DNA of 62,967 bases, counting the filler. It is 9 parts of 9 records of this genome, joined end to end, with 100 filler letters (N's around TTAATTAATTAA, not from the genome) between each part and the next. Parts side by side here need not be neighbours in the genome. Positions count along the whole stretch, not along the records: positions 18,702 to 26,019 come from SRR31156797_88313; positions 26,120 to 32,785 come from SRR31156797_88456; 7 more parts are not named here. One strand, given 5' to 3'. Below the pieces are notes generated by a model, which saw nothing but the letters and a program-made list of their open reading frames with translations, was not told where the DNA came from and searched no databases. Position 1 is the stretch's first letter; the number at the start of each line of letters is the position of its first letter. Below are positions 21,233 to 29,675 of the stretch, piece by piece. Made by a program: the position numbers and the translations under genes.

Positions 21233-23083
21233 ATGCACAAACTATTGACAGATGCGCCGGGAAAGGAGATGCTCCTCCTGGGCAACGAAGCCATTGCCAG
21301 AGGCGCCCTGGAGGCGGGGTTGTCCTTTTCAAGCTGCTATCCGGGGACCCCTTCTTCAGAAATCCCCCAGCAATTTTTCGAAATCAGCAAGGAAACCGAT
21401 CTCTACTTCGAGTACGCCACCAATGAAAAAGTCGCCATGGAAGTGGGGGCAACGGCGGCCGTGTGCGGCCTCAGGACAATGGTCACCCTGAAACTTGTGG
21501 GTCTCAACGTGGCGGCTGACCCTTTGATGACCATGGCATACGTGGGCGTAAAGGGGGGCATGGTCATCGTCAACGCCGATGACCCGTCCATGTTTTCGAG
21601 TCAAAACGAACAGGACAACAGATACTACGCCCGCCTGGCCGGCATCCCGTTGCTGGAACCCACCAACGCACAGGAGATGAAAGACTTTGCCGTTTCCGCC
21701 TTTGATCTCTCCGAAGAACTCGGGCTCCCCATCCTTTTGCGGACCACCACCCGGCTCAATCACATCAGCGGGGGCGTCGTGTTAGGGGAGCTAAAACCCG
21801 TCAAAACCAAGACGGTTTTTCAGAAAAACCCTTCCCGGTATGTCACCATGCCGGCAAATGCCCGAAAAATGCACAAACTCCTTTTGGAGAAATACGACCG
21901 GGCACGGAAAATTTCCGAAAATTCGCCCCTTAATGAAATCATTGGTGATGGAAGATGGGGAATCGTGGCCAACGGCGTGAGTTTTAATTATGTCAAAGAC
22001 GCCTTATGGGATCTGGGAATATCCGATAATGTCAGCATCCTGAAGCTCGGATTCTCCTGGCCCCTGCCCCAAGAACTTTGCCTCAAATTCATGGGACAGG
22101 TGGATAAAATTCTTGTGGTGGAAGAGCTTGAACCGCTAAATGAAAGAGAGTTGCAGGCCCTGGCACAGAGAAAGGGGATCAACACACCCATCGAGGGCAA
22201 AGGGGTGGGCGCCCTTTCCCGCCTTCTGGAGTATAATCCGGGAATGGTCCGCCAGGCGGTTGCCCAGTATTTCGGCGTAGACTGTCATATGCCTGAGATT
22301 CCTGATCTTTCGGGTCTGCCCGACCTGCCCGGAAGACCGCCCAATCTCTGTGCCGGCTGCCCCCACCGGGCCAGTTTCTATGCGGTCAAGGAGGTCTATG
22401 GCGAGGACACCATCTACCCCAACGACATCGGGTGTTATACCCTAGGCATTGCACCTCCATTCAACATGGCGGACTTTGTCATCTGCATGGGGTCTTCCGT
22501 TACTTCCGCCTGCGGTTTTTCCCAGGCCACCGACCAAAAAGTGGTGGGATTCATCGGTGATTCCACTTTTTTCCATTCAGGCATTACGGGACTCATTAAC
22601 GGAGTACACAACAACCAAAAATTCACCCTTGTAATTTTAGACAACGGCACCACCGCCATGACGGGATATCAGATCAATCCGGGTGTAAATACCGACCCAC
22701 TGGGCGTGGCGCGAACCCGGGTCTCAATTGAAGATATGGTAAGGGGCTGCGGGGTCAAGGATGTCCACGTGATCAAACCCTTTAAGGTTAAAAAGGCCAT
22801 AGAAGCCATTAAAGCCACAAAAGAGTATGATGGGATATCGGTCGTCATATCCGAAGAGATGTGTGCGCTCTTCGGGAAGGCCACGAAACAGATCAAGAAG
22901 GCCAGGCCTTTTTATGTAAACCGTGAAAAGTGCAAGAATCATCAGGTCTGTGTCCGAAAACTGGCATGCCCCGCCATGTATCTGGATGGTGATCAGGTGG
23001 AGATAAACAAGGCTCTCTGCACCGGCTGCATGGTGTGCGCCCAAACCTGTCCCGAGAACGCCATTATGCCATTGAAAGGATGA
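21233..23083 (+). CDS. iorA: Indolepyruvate:ferredoxin oxidoreductase alpha subunit
   Basis: GNEAIARG, YPGTPSSE, SSQNEQD, CAGCPH, DIGCY, IGDSTF, C-terminal ferredoxin domain. Confidence 0.95.
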   Translation: MHKLLTDAPGKEMLLLGNEAIARGALEAGLSFSSCYPGTPSSEIPQQFFEISKETDLYFEYATNEKVAMEVGATAAVCGLRTMVTLKLVGLNVAADPLMTMAYVGVKGGMVIVNADDPSMFSSQNEQDNRYYARLAGIPLLEPTNAQEMKDFAVSAFDLSEELGLPILLRTTTRLNHISGGVVLGELKPVKTKTVFQKNPSRYVTMPANARKMHKLLLEKYDRARKISENSPLNEIIGDGRWGIVANGVSFNYVKDALWDLGISDNVSILKLGFSWPLPQELCLKFMGQVDKILVVEELEPLNERELQALAQRKGINTPIEGKGVGALSRLLEYNPGMVRQAVAQYFGVDCHMPEIPDLSGLPDLPGRPPNLCAGCPHRASFYAVKEVYGEDTIYPNDIGCYTLGIAPPFNMADFVICMGSSVTSACGFSQATDQKVVGFIGDSTFFHSGITGLINGVHNNQKFTLVILDNGTTAMTGYQINPGVNTDPLGVARTRVSIEDMVRGCGVKDVHVIKPFKVKKAIEAIKATKEYDGISVVISEEMCALFGKATKQIKKARPFYVNREKCKNHQVCVRKLACPAMYLDGDQVEINKALCTGCMVCAQTCPENAIMPLKG

Positions 23084-23086
23084 GAT

Positions 23087-23674
23087 ATGGAAACGAAAAA
23101 AATAGTGATCATCGCCGTTGGCGGTCAGGGCAACCTCTTATCATCTCGTCTGCTGGGAGAGGCCGCCCTATCAAAGAAGATGCCCTTTGTTATAAGTGAA
23201 ATACACGGCATGGCCCAGCGGGGCGGAATCGTTGAGTCGGCCGTCTTGCTGGGAGATGTTTCCAGTCCCATCGTCTCCGCGGGTGAAAGCGACGTGTTTT
23301 TGGGGTTTGAACCCCTGGAGACCCTCAGGGGGCTCGGAAAATGCACACGGGAAACCGTCGTCATAACCAATACAAGGCCCCAACCCCCATTTACGGTGGC
23401 AGTGGGGCAGGGAACATATCCTCCCGTGGATGTGATTTTGGATCTCCTCAGAGCCAGGATAGACAGGGTCATCGCCTTTGACGGAACGGCTCTGGCCGCG
23501 GAGGCGGGAAACCTCCTCTCCCTGAATATGGTCATGTTGGGGGCGCTGATCGGCTCGAAAACCGTTCCCCTGGGCGAGGAAGATGTAAAGAACGCCATTG
23601 CCACATCAACCAAGAAAGCCTTCCTGGATTCCAATTTGAAGGCCTTTGATCTGGGGATGGCTGCCGCTCAATGA
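23087..23674 (+). CDS. iorB: Indolepyruvate:ferredoxin oxidoreductase beta subunit
   Basis: VGGQG, EIHGMAQRGG.V, NMVMLG; directly after iorA. Confidence 0.95.
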   Translation: METKKIVIIAVGGQGNLLSSRLLGEAALSKKMPFVISEIHGMAQRGGIVESAVLLGDVSSPIVSAGESDVFLGFEPLETLRGLGKCTRETVVITNTRPQPPFTVAVGQGTYPPVDVILDLLRARIDRVIAFDGTALAAEAGNLLSLNMVMLGALIGSKTVPLGEEDVKNAIATSTKKAFLDSNLKAFDLGMAAAQ

Positions 23675-23753
23675 GATGAATTTTCCTTCCGCGCCCCGAA
23701 AGACTTGTACAGACAAGTCCAGCCGGGGCGCTTTCAGACTTTTTTCCTTTCTC

Positions 23754-24935
23754 TCACCGATATTTCTTGATCACTCTTTCAAACCCGGGCAAAGATCTTT
23801 CAATCACGTCGTCAGGCACACAATATGCGATTCTGATGTAGCCGGGTCCGCCAAAACCGCTCCCTGGAACCGTCAGTATGTTTTCCTCCTTGAGAAGGTT
23901 TACAAACGCCACATCATCCTCTTCAAGTGATTTCGGGAAAAGGTAAAAGGTGCCCTGGGGTTTGATAAAGTCATACCCGAAAGAGCCGAGGGCATCGCAG
24001 AGCATGTCTCTCTTTTTTTGGTAGATGGAAATATCCACGCTGTCTTCAAGGAGATGGGCCACGGCCCGCTGCATCAAGGCCGGGGCGTTCACATAGCCGA
24101 GGACCCTGTTGCATATGACCATGCCCTGCAAGATATCTTCTGCATAGGTCATATCCGGGTGTACGGCCGCATAGCCGATCCTTTCCCCCGCCAGAGAAAG
24201 GTCCTTGGAAAAAGAGGTGATGACAAACGACTCTTTGTAGGTGTTGAAAATACTGGGGACCTTGAGACCGTCATAAACAATCTTCCGGTAAGGCTCATCA
24301 GACACAAGATAAATAGGATATCCCCTCTTCTCACTGACCCTTGTGAGGAGTTTGCCCAACTCTCCCAGTTCTTCTTCATCATACATCCTGCCCGTGGGAT
24401 TGTTGGGGGAATTTATCAAAACCGCTTTTGTGTTTTCCGTAATGGCCTTTTCCAGCACCTCTAAATCGAGAGAAAAATCAGGTTTCGTGGGCACCACCTT
24501 GGGAACGCCCCGATGGGTATCAATGATGTTATTATATTCAACAAAATAAGGGGCCGGGATAAGGACCTCCTGCCCGGCATCGAGAAGGGTCTTGAAAATT
24601 ATATTCAACCCGCCGCTGGCCCCCACGGTCATGACAATCTCCCGGGGGCCAAAGTCCTGGTTGTTATAGGTCTTGAGATAATCGGCCACCGCGCCCCTGG
24701 TTTCCGTGTAACCGGCATTGGACATGTAGCCATGCCTGGCCGGCGCCGGATCATCCGCCAAACCCCTGAGAATCTCCTTGAACTTGAGCGGCGGCTCCAG
24801 GTTGGGGTTCCCCAACGAAAAGTCGAAGACGTTCTCAGCCCCGTACTTCGCCTTTCTCTCGTTCCCTTCTTCAAATATCCTCCTTATCCAGGAAGACTTC
24901 TCGATGGACTCCAGAATTTTCCGGGATGCAGTCAT
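23754..24935 (-). CDS. Class I/II PLP-dependent aminotransferase (start MTASRK)
   Basis: SSWIRRIFEEG, DFSLGNP, NSPNNPTG, SDEPY, SFSKDLSLAGERIG; AGGAGG RBS. Confidence 0.9.
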   Translation of the reverse strand: MTASRKILESIEKSSWIRRIFEEGNERKAKYGAENVFDFSLGNPNLEPPLKFKEILRGLADDPAPARHGYMSNAGYTETRGAVADYLKTYNNQDFGPREIVMTVGASGGLNIIFKTLLDAGQEVLIPAPYFVEYNNIIDTHRGVPKVVPTKPDFSLDLEVLEKAITENTKAVLINSPNNPTGRMYDEEELGELGKLLTRVSEKRGYPIYLVSDEPYRKIVYDGLKVPSIFNTYKESFVITSFSKDLSLAGERIGYAAVHPDMTYAEDILQGMVICNRVLGYVNAPALMQRAVAHLLEDSVDISIYQKKRDMLCDALGSFGYDFIKPQGTFYLFPKSLEEDDVAFVNLLKEENILTVPGSGFGGPGYIRIAYCVPDDVIERSLPGFERVIKKYR

Positions 24936-24951
24936 GTTTTTCCTCCTAAAT

Positions 24952-25644
24952 TTAGAATTCGGCCCGGGATGATTCGGCAGTAAGGACGACTTTGCACAGA
25001 GGGGGCGACCACAAGGTAGTGATGCCTTCTGCCAGAGCATCAATAACCGCGGGCACATCGGAGGATGCGGCCGCGTGCAAAGCTTCACAGATAACAAGGA
25101 CTTTTGTGGTTTCCGGAGTGATTGTGGAACGCCGGCTTTGCCGAAAGGTCCAGCGCCTTCCGTGGGCATGGTTTGCGGCATCGCACAAAATCACTTCATC
25201 CGGGGAAGGGTGCTCTAATTTTCCGCTGAACGCCAAATGCTCTTCAGTCCCTTTCGCATGGCGGACCTCGATATATTCATCCACACCGGACAGATCAAAT
25301 ACTGCCACAGGGAGGGCGGAAGCGATGGATATGGCATTGCAGAAATCAACCAACGGATGAAGGCGGGGCAAATGGTCCTCACGCTTAAACCTTCGCAGCA
25401 GGGCCTCTGCTGCGGAACGATATTTGGTGGGTTTCAAACCCATCCGGGAATAGGCCCTGCGCCAGGCCGCAATCTCGGGCATCTCGGATTCCGGCCCCCG
25501 TTCAAGACGCTCTCGGGCGCGTCGGTACCAGGGTTCAATATGAAAACCCGCATCGACCCGGGGGTGAATGCCTTCAAAAACAAGCACCCCCGCCACCACC
25601 CGGGGAAACTGCTCCTTGATCTTTTGCGAGTGACAAAAGTACAT
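24952..25644 (-). CDS. B3/B4 (PheRS beta-like) tRNA-editing domain protein
   Basis: AWRRAY..MGLKPTKYRSAAEALLRR, HPLVD.CNA.S. Confidence 0.85.
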   Translation of the reverse strand: MYFCHSQKIKEQFPRVVAGVLVFEGIHPRVDAGFHIEPWYRRARERLERGPESEMPEIAAWRRAYSRMGLKPTKYRSAAEALLRRFKREDHLPRLHPLVDFCNAISIASALPVAVFDLSGVDEYIEVRHAKGTEEHLAFSGKLEHPSPDEVILCDAANHAHGRRWTFRQSRRSTITPETTKVLVICEALHAAASSDVPAVIDALAEGITTLWSPPLCKVVLTAESSRAEF

Positions 25645-25685
25645 GGATCATTCTCCATGGGGATTGCGGTATAAAACGGGTCCCC

Positions 25686-25979
25686 TCATGGCAACCCTCT
25701 TTCGGTCCTTTTTTTTGCCTGTTCAATCATTTCTATAAGGGAAATCATTTTTGTTTTAGGGAGAGTTTCGAAGGCTTGATCCCATTCGGCCGGGGTAAGC
25801 TCCTTTCTCAACAAATCCTCCACCAGGAAATACACGTGCCAGCAATCAATGGTTTTGAAACAGGGAAGACCCCGGTTTTCTTTTCGGCAGTAGTAATAAC
25901 CGATCTGCTGCCCCAGCCTGGGACACCGGATCTCAAAATCATCGCCGGGAGGTGTGATTGTCTGTTTCATTTTGCGCAT
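25686..25979 (-). CDS. Small Cys-containing hypothetical protein
   Basis: RCPRLG...YCR...PCFK..DCW; co-oriented with downstream genes. Confidence 0.6.
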   Translation of the reverse strand: MRKMKQTITPPGDDFEIRCPRLGQQIGYYYCRKENRGLPCFKTIDCWHVYFLVEDLLRKELTPAEWDQAFETLPKTKMISLIEMIEQAKKRTERGLP

Positions 25980-26170
25980 CCAATTTACAAAACCCGGAGA
26001 CCTCCAAAAGGCCCCCGGGNNNNNNNNNNNNNNNNNNNNNNNNNNNNNNNNNNNNNNNNNNNNTTAATTAATTAANNNNNNNNNNNNNNNNNNNNNNNNN
26101 NNNNNNNNNNNNNNNNNNNCTGAAAAGTACGCGTTTACCGGATGAACCATTTTTTATCCAAATCTGATTC

Positions 26171-26200
26171 TTGACAATAATCAGTAGGCCTTGTAAAAAT
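26171..26200 (+). promoter_or_regulatory. Sigma70-like promoter upstream of the tRNA-like element
   Basis: Perfect TTGACA (26171-26176), 17-nt spacer, TAAAAA(T) at 26194-26200, 6 nt before the cloverleaf. Confidence 0.55.
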
Positions 26201-26206
26201 GTATTT

Positions 26207-26279
26207 GAACCGGTAGCTCAGTTAGTAGAGCGTCAGCAAAACACGCTGGAGGTCGCGGGTGCAAGCCCCGCTCGGTAGA
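26207..26279 (+). tRNA. Degenerate tRNA-like element (Val-like, anticodon AAC)
   Basis: 73-nt cloverleaf with canonical spacing: D stem GCTC/GAGC, AC stem TCAGC/GCTGG, loop AAAACAC, variable AGGTC, T stem GCGGG/CCCGC, T loop TGCAAGC; acceptor GAACCGG/TCGGTAG mismatched at pairs 1-2; no CCA. Confidence 0.7.
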
Positions 26280-26320
26280 GCTATGAGGTGAATTAAAATC
26301 ATATTTCTACCGAGCGTGTC

Positions 26321-27112
26321 TTATTTGGGTCTAGGCTGCGGTTGAGCTCCTACCAATAAAGCCTTCTTTTCCGGATCCCATCTTTCAAAATTTTCATTTC
26401 TCCAATCAATCTTCTTAGTTCTTTTAAAGTCATCTGCATCAAGCCCTAAGACACTATTTTTACCGTTATTATTCACTCCGTAAATATTTGTTTTACCGTT
26501 TGGGAATAGCGATACCAACTGAGGATTCCCCCCCACACTTGGGAGCTTATTTTTTTCTAAATTTTTACAAAAAGCATTAAATACCCCTCTCGTAGTATCA
26601 GCCCAATCACCCTGCTGTTCTTGAGCATAGATTACTTTAAAACTCTTCTTGCCGGATCCAATCGCAGTTAGTATTCCTGACTTTTTAGGTAGGGATAATT
26701 CTTCGCTGAAAAATTTATCATCTTTAAGTTCGTATCCTAATAAAAAGCACTGTAGTACCCGATTATGCACTGCCCCATATTTTATGTAAAATGATTCTTT
26801 TATTACACCCGGTGGATAGTTTCCAAATGCTTTTCTTATTTCATTTAGATAAATATCTGCTCTCTTTTCTGGGGATGAGTTAACTTTAAAAAGGATCCCT
26901 CTATCTGCTAACTGGATAAGTTGTCCAAGTGTTTGGGTTGGAAACAATACATCACCACAGAAAGCAAATATTTCGGAAGTTGTATTGGAAGTAAACACTT
27001 TTTGGGCATGATCCCAAGTATATTTCGCACCCCATGATATACGACTGTCAGCCAAAAAATATAAAGAAGCCGGCTTGTTATCGACACCGGCAAATGATAC
27101 TAGTATAGTCAT
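26321..27112 (-). CDS. Hypothetical protein with Ntn-hydrolase/proteasome-beta-like motifs
   Basis: Begins M-T; LADSRIS, AQKVF, AFCGD, AIGSG, SVGG. Confidence 0.6.
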   Translation of the reverse strand: MTILVSFAGVDNKPASLYFLADSRISWGAKYTWDHAQKVFTSNTTSEIFAFCGDVLFPTQTLGQLIQLADRGILFKVNSSPEKRADIYLNEIRKAFGNYPPGVIKESFYIKYGAVHNRVLQCFLLGYELKDDKFFSEELSLPKKSGILTAIGSGKKSFKVIYAQEQQGDWADTTRGVFNAFCKNLEKNKLPSVGGNPQLVSLFPNGKTNIYGVNNNGKNSVLGLDADDFKRTKKIDWRNENFERWDPEKKALLVGAQPQPRPK

Positions 27113-27132
27113 TTCGAGAAATATTATTTATA

Positions 27133-27181
27133 ACATAACTATAATGATCACCGGTTTATCCGGTGCATTATTTTGTTGGGG
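27133..27181 (-). repeat. attC-like site
   Basis: Minus strand CCCCAAC-5nt-AATGCACC-GGATAAACC-GGTGATC-6nt-GTTATGT, 20 nt upstream of the next ATG. Confidence 0.5.
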
Positions 27182-27288
27182 ATTGGAATAACTGTGGCTT
27201 GCCTCTAGTTAGCTTCCAGAAGGGTCAAGCAAAGACCTGACCTCTCGTTACCTCATTTTAAATTTGGTACGTCCCCTATATTATTCGC

Positions 27289-27924
27289 TCACTGGGGATC
27301 ACCTACGCAACTCATAAACTCTCTTCCTGCTGTGGTTAAGCGCCAAATGGTCTCAACCTCATGTATCAATCCAATTTTCTCTAGATGAACATGATTAAAG
27401 GTTTTCTTTTCATTGAGTAACCCTAGAGTCACTTTTGCACCAAGTGCTTTTAGAGTTACTATGGGGATAGGAGTGGAGTCACTTTCAGCAATTTTTAATA
27501 GCAGGAGGGCATCATGCGAGGTTATTTTTCCAAGAAGTTTGGCAATTTCAGGATGGACACTCCCTTCTGTGATTTCCTTAGCCAATAAATTTGCCCATAA
27601 TCCCCTCATAGTCTCGTCAGTTTGCTGCTCAGTGTTATCAAGTGCTTCGTATACAACTAAAGGCTTAATGACTACATTTTTAGATTGAGAACATTTTTTT
27701 ACTTTTTCTTCAGTTTCCTGAATACACTTAGCTGCAATTATTTGTTGCTCAACGTTTAACTTGTTGAATTTCGTTTGGATCAATTTGCTAATGCCTTCTG
27801 TCGTCATGGTTAACGGAAGGATTATTTTTTCAAACGTATCACATGCCGTTTTCGCAAGTTGCGACCACGCTTCTTTTGGAACGCTCTTCACGACTTCATT
27901 TTCTAGCATTGGATTCAATCCCAT
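27289..27924 (-). CDS. Abi-alpha/DUF4393-like protein
   Basis: DE.MR.LWANLLA, VHP.IA..L..I...DA.LL, L..IGLI, LT..GREF..C. Confidence 0.75.
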   Translation of the reverse strand: MGLNPMLENEVVKSVPKEAWSQLAKTACDTFEKIILPLTMTTEGISKLIQTKFNKLNVEQQIIAAKCIQETEEKVKKCSQSKNVVIKPLVVYEALDNTEQQTDETMRGLWANLLAKEITEGSVHPEIAKLLGKITSHDALLLLKIAESDSTPIPIVTLKALGAKVTLGLLNEKKTFNHVHLEKIGLIHEVETIWRLTTAGREFMSCVGDPQ

Positions 27925-28169
27925 AATTAGCTTTTAAATATTACTAAATGATCAACAAGGTTTGTGAAATCTTTAATTTTGAACTGCCCTGTTTCTGCTC
28001 ATTGTCTTGGTCTGCCAAAAGTTTTACTATGGTTTTCTAACGGTCATTCAGTCAAAACTTACAAGAGAATTATCGCCTTTAGGAAAATCAACTTCCTGAG
28101 ACAGCAAATGTAGATAAGAAGGAGAAGAGTCATGCAAAGATCTGCCCCCTGCCTATCCACGTTAGGTTG

Positions 28170-29537
28170 CTATTCTTTTATTGCGAAGTTATAGGTCATT
28201 GATGAATATGGATGAAAATTAGGTAAGCTACTCACAATATTTCCATTATCAAAATGATGGTGTGCTATACTTGGAAAAAGTTCTTCAGGGACAGGATGTT
28301 TTGCATTTGGGTTATGGTACATCGACATCCCTTCTCCCCAAGTTTCCTTACTATTTTCATCAACCAAATACTTGAATCCTTTTGGTATTGCAGCATTGGG
28401 ATCATGATTATGACAAGTGCCCATTCTCATCATGGTAACCTTGGGATCTTTAAACCCAGCTTGTCGTCCTATTCTATTGAATTTAGATATAGTACCTGAG
28501 GATGTTGATATTATAGCACTAATATTTTCGGCATCTGGCTGAAAAAAGAAACCAGATGGAATCTCTTTCTCCCCAACTTTATGTGTTGCAATTTTAACTG
28601 GTTTAATGACTAGTTGCTTGTTTTCATCATAATATGACTCATGCTTGTAACCATATAAGTAACTAATCAGTGCAGTTGAACTATAGACCATAGAATGGTC
28701 ATCATGAAAATCGGCGATAGCAAATACGAGGGCATTATTGTCCACATGACCAAGTTCCCAGTATTTTTTTTGCATTTTAGAATACAGAGGACTGCCCCAT
28801 TTAATGGGCATTACATTTTCTGTAAATTCCATCATGTCTTCTGGCGATTTGTCGCCATCAAAATTTGGAATAAACTTAATGGGATTTTCAGCTTTTCTGC
28901 CTACGATTACCGCTTCAACAGCAACCTTGACACCATATTTTTCTAGCATAAAATCTGGCGCATTATGTTCACGGCCTACAAACAGTTCTTCTTCCTTGAA
29001 ATAGGAATTTAGGTATAATTCCCAGACACGAGAGTCGAAACCAGTAGACTGAAATTGCTCGACAAAATTCCCATCTACATCCGTAAAATATGGCATGATT
29101 GCATTTATTACTGACTTGGCAGAGTATAAATGTGGGGTACTAGTAAGTCGAACAAAGTAAGGGTGTTGCTTTTCTATTGGTACTACTGGTGTAAAGAGGT
29201 CTATACCTTTACTTGGTTCACCTTGCGGAAATATCCTTTTGCCCCTACTAGTATGCCACCTTACAGCCCCGAATAACCATGTTTTTGCATCTTCTATTGT
29301 TGGTATTGATGTTTCTAAATCAAAGGCTCTAAATATATCATTTTCATCTCTACCAAGAGTAATGGCGGCATAATCACGATCAATTTTGTCTAAGCATATA
29401 ATCCCGAGAACAGTTTCTTCTTTATTGGAATACCATGCAATTTCTTTACTGAAAAATGAAGCACCGGAACTTCGGGTATGTCCAGCAAGAACATTGAACC
29501 TTTTGAGGTCTAGGGATAAAACTTCAATTGCATCCAT
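28170..29537 (-). CDS. Hypothetical protein with a putative PD-(D/E)XK nuclease-like core
   Basis: FVEQFQSTGFDSRVWELYL...APDFML...VAVEAV; AT-rich; defence context. Confidence 0.6.
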   Translation of the reverse strand: MDAIEVLSLDLKRFNVLAGHTRSSGASFFSKEIAWYSNKEETVLGIICLDKIDRDYAAITLGRDENDIFRAFDLETSIPTIEDAKTWLFGAVRWHTSRGKRIFPQGEPSKGIDLFTPVVPIEKQHPYFVRLTSTPHLYSAKSVINAIMPYFTDVDGNFVEQFQSTGFDSRVWELYLNSYFKEEELFVGREHNAPDFMLEKYGVKVAVEAVIVGRKAENPIKFIPNFDGDKSPEDMMEFTENVMPIKWGSPLYSKMQKKYWELGHVDNNALVFAIADFHDDHSMVYSSTALISYLYGYKHESYYDENKQLVIKPVKIATHKVGEKEIPSGFFFQPDAENISAIISTSSGTISKFNRIGRQAGFKDPKVTMMRMGTCHNHDPNAAIPKGFKYLVDENSKETWGEGMSMYHNPNAKHPVPEELFPSIAHHHFDNGNIVSSLPNFHPYSSMTYNFAIKE

Positions 29538-29675
29538 TTTTTTTATACCTGCGTAAAAATTACCGATTTATTCGGCGGATTCCAGGGAGAAAAAGCCATG
29601 TGGCATAGCAATCCTCGTGTTGCGTATCCAAAATACTCCGCACACCGATCTCCTGCCCCTCTGTGTAACGACCTG

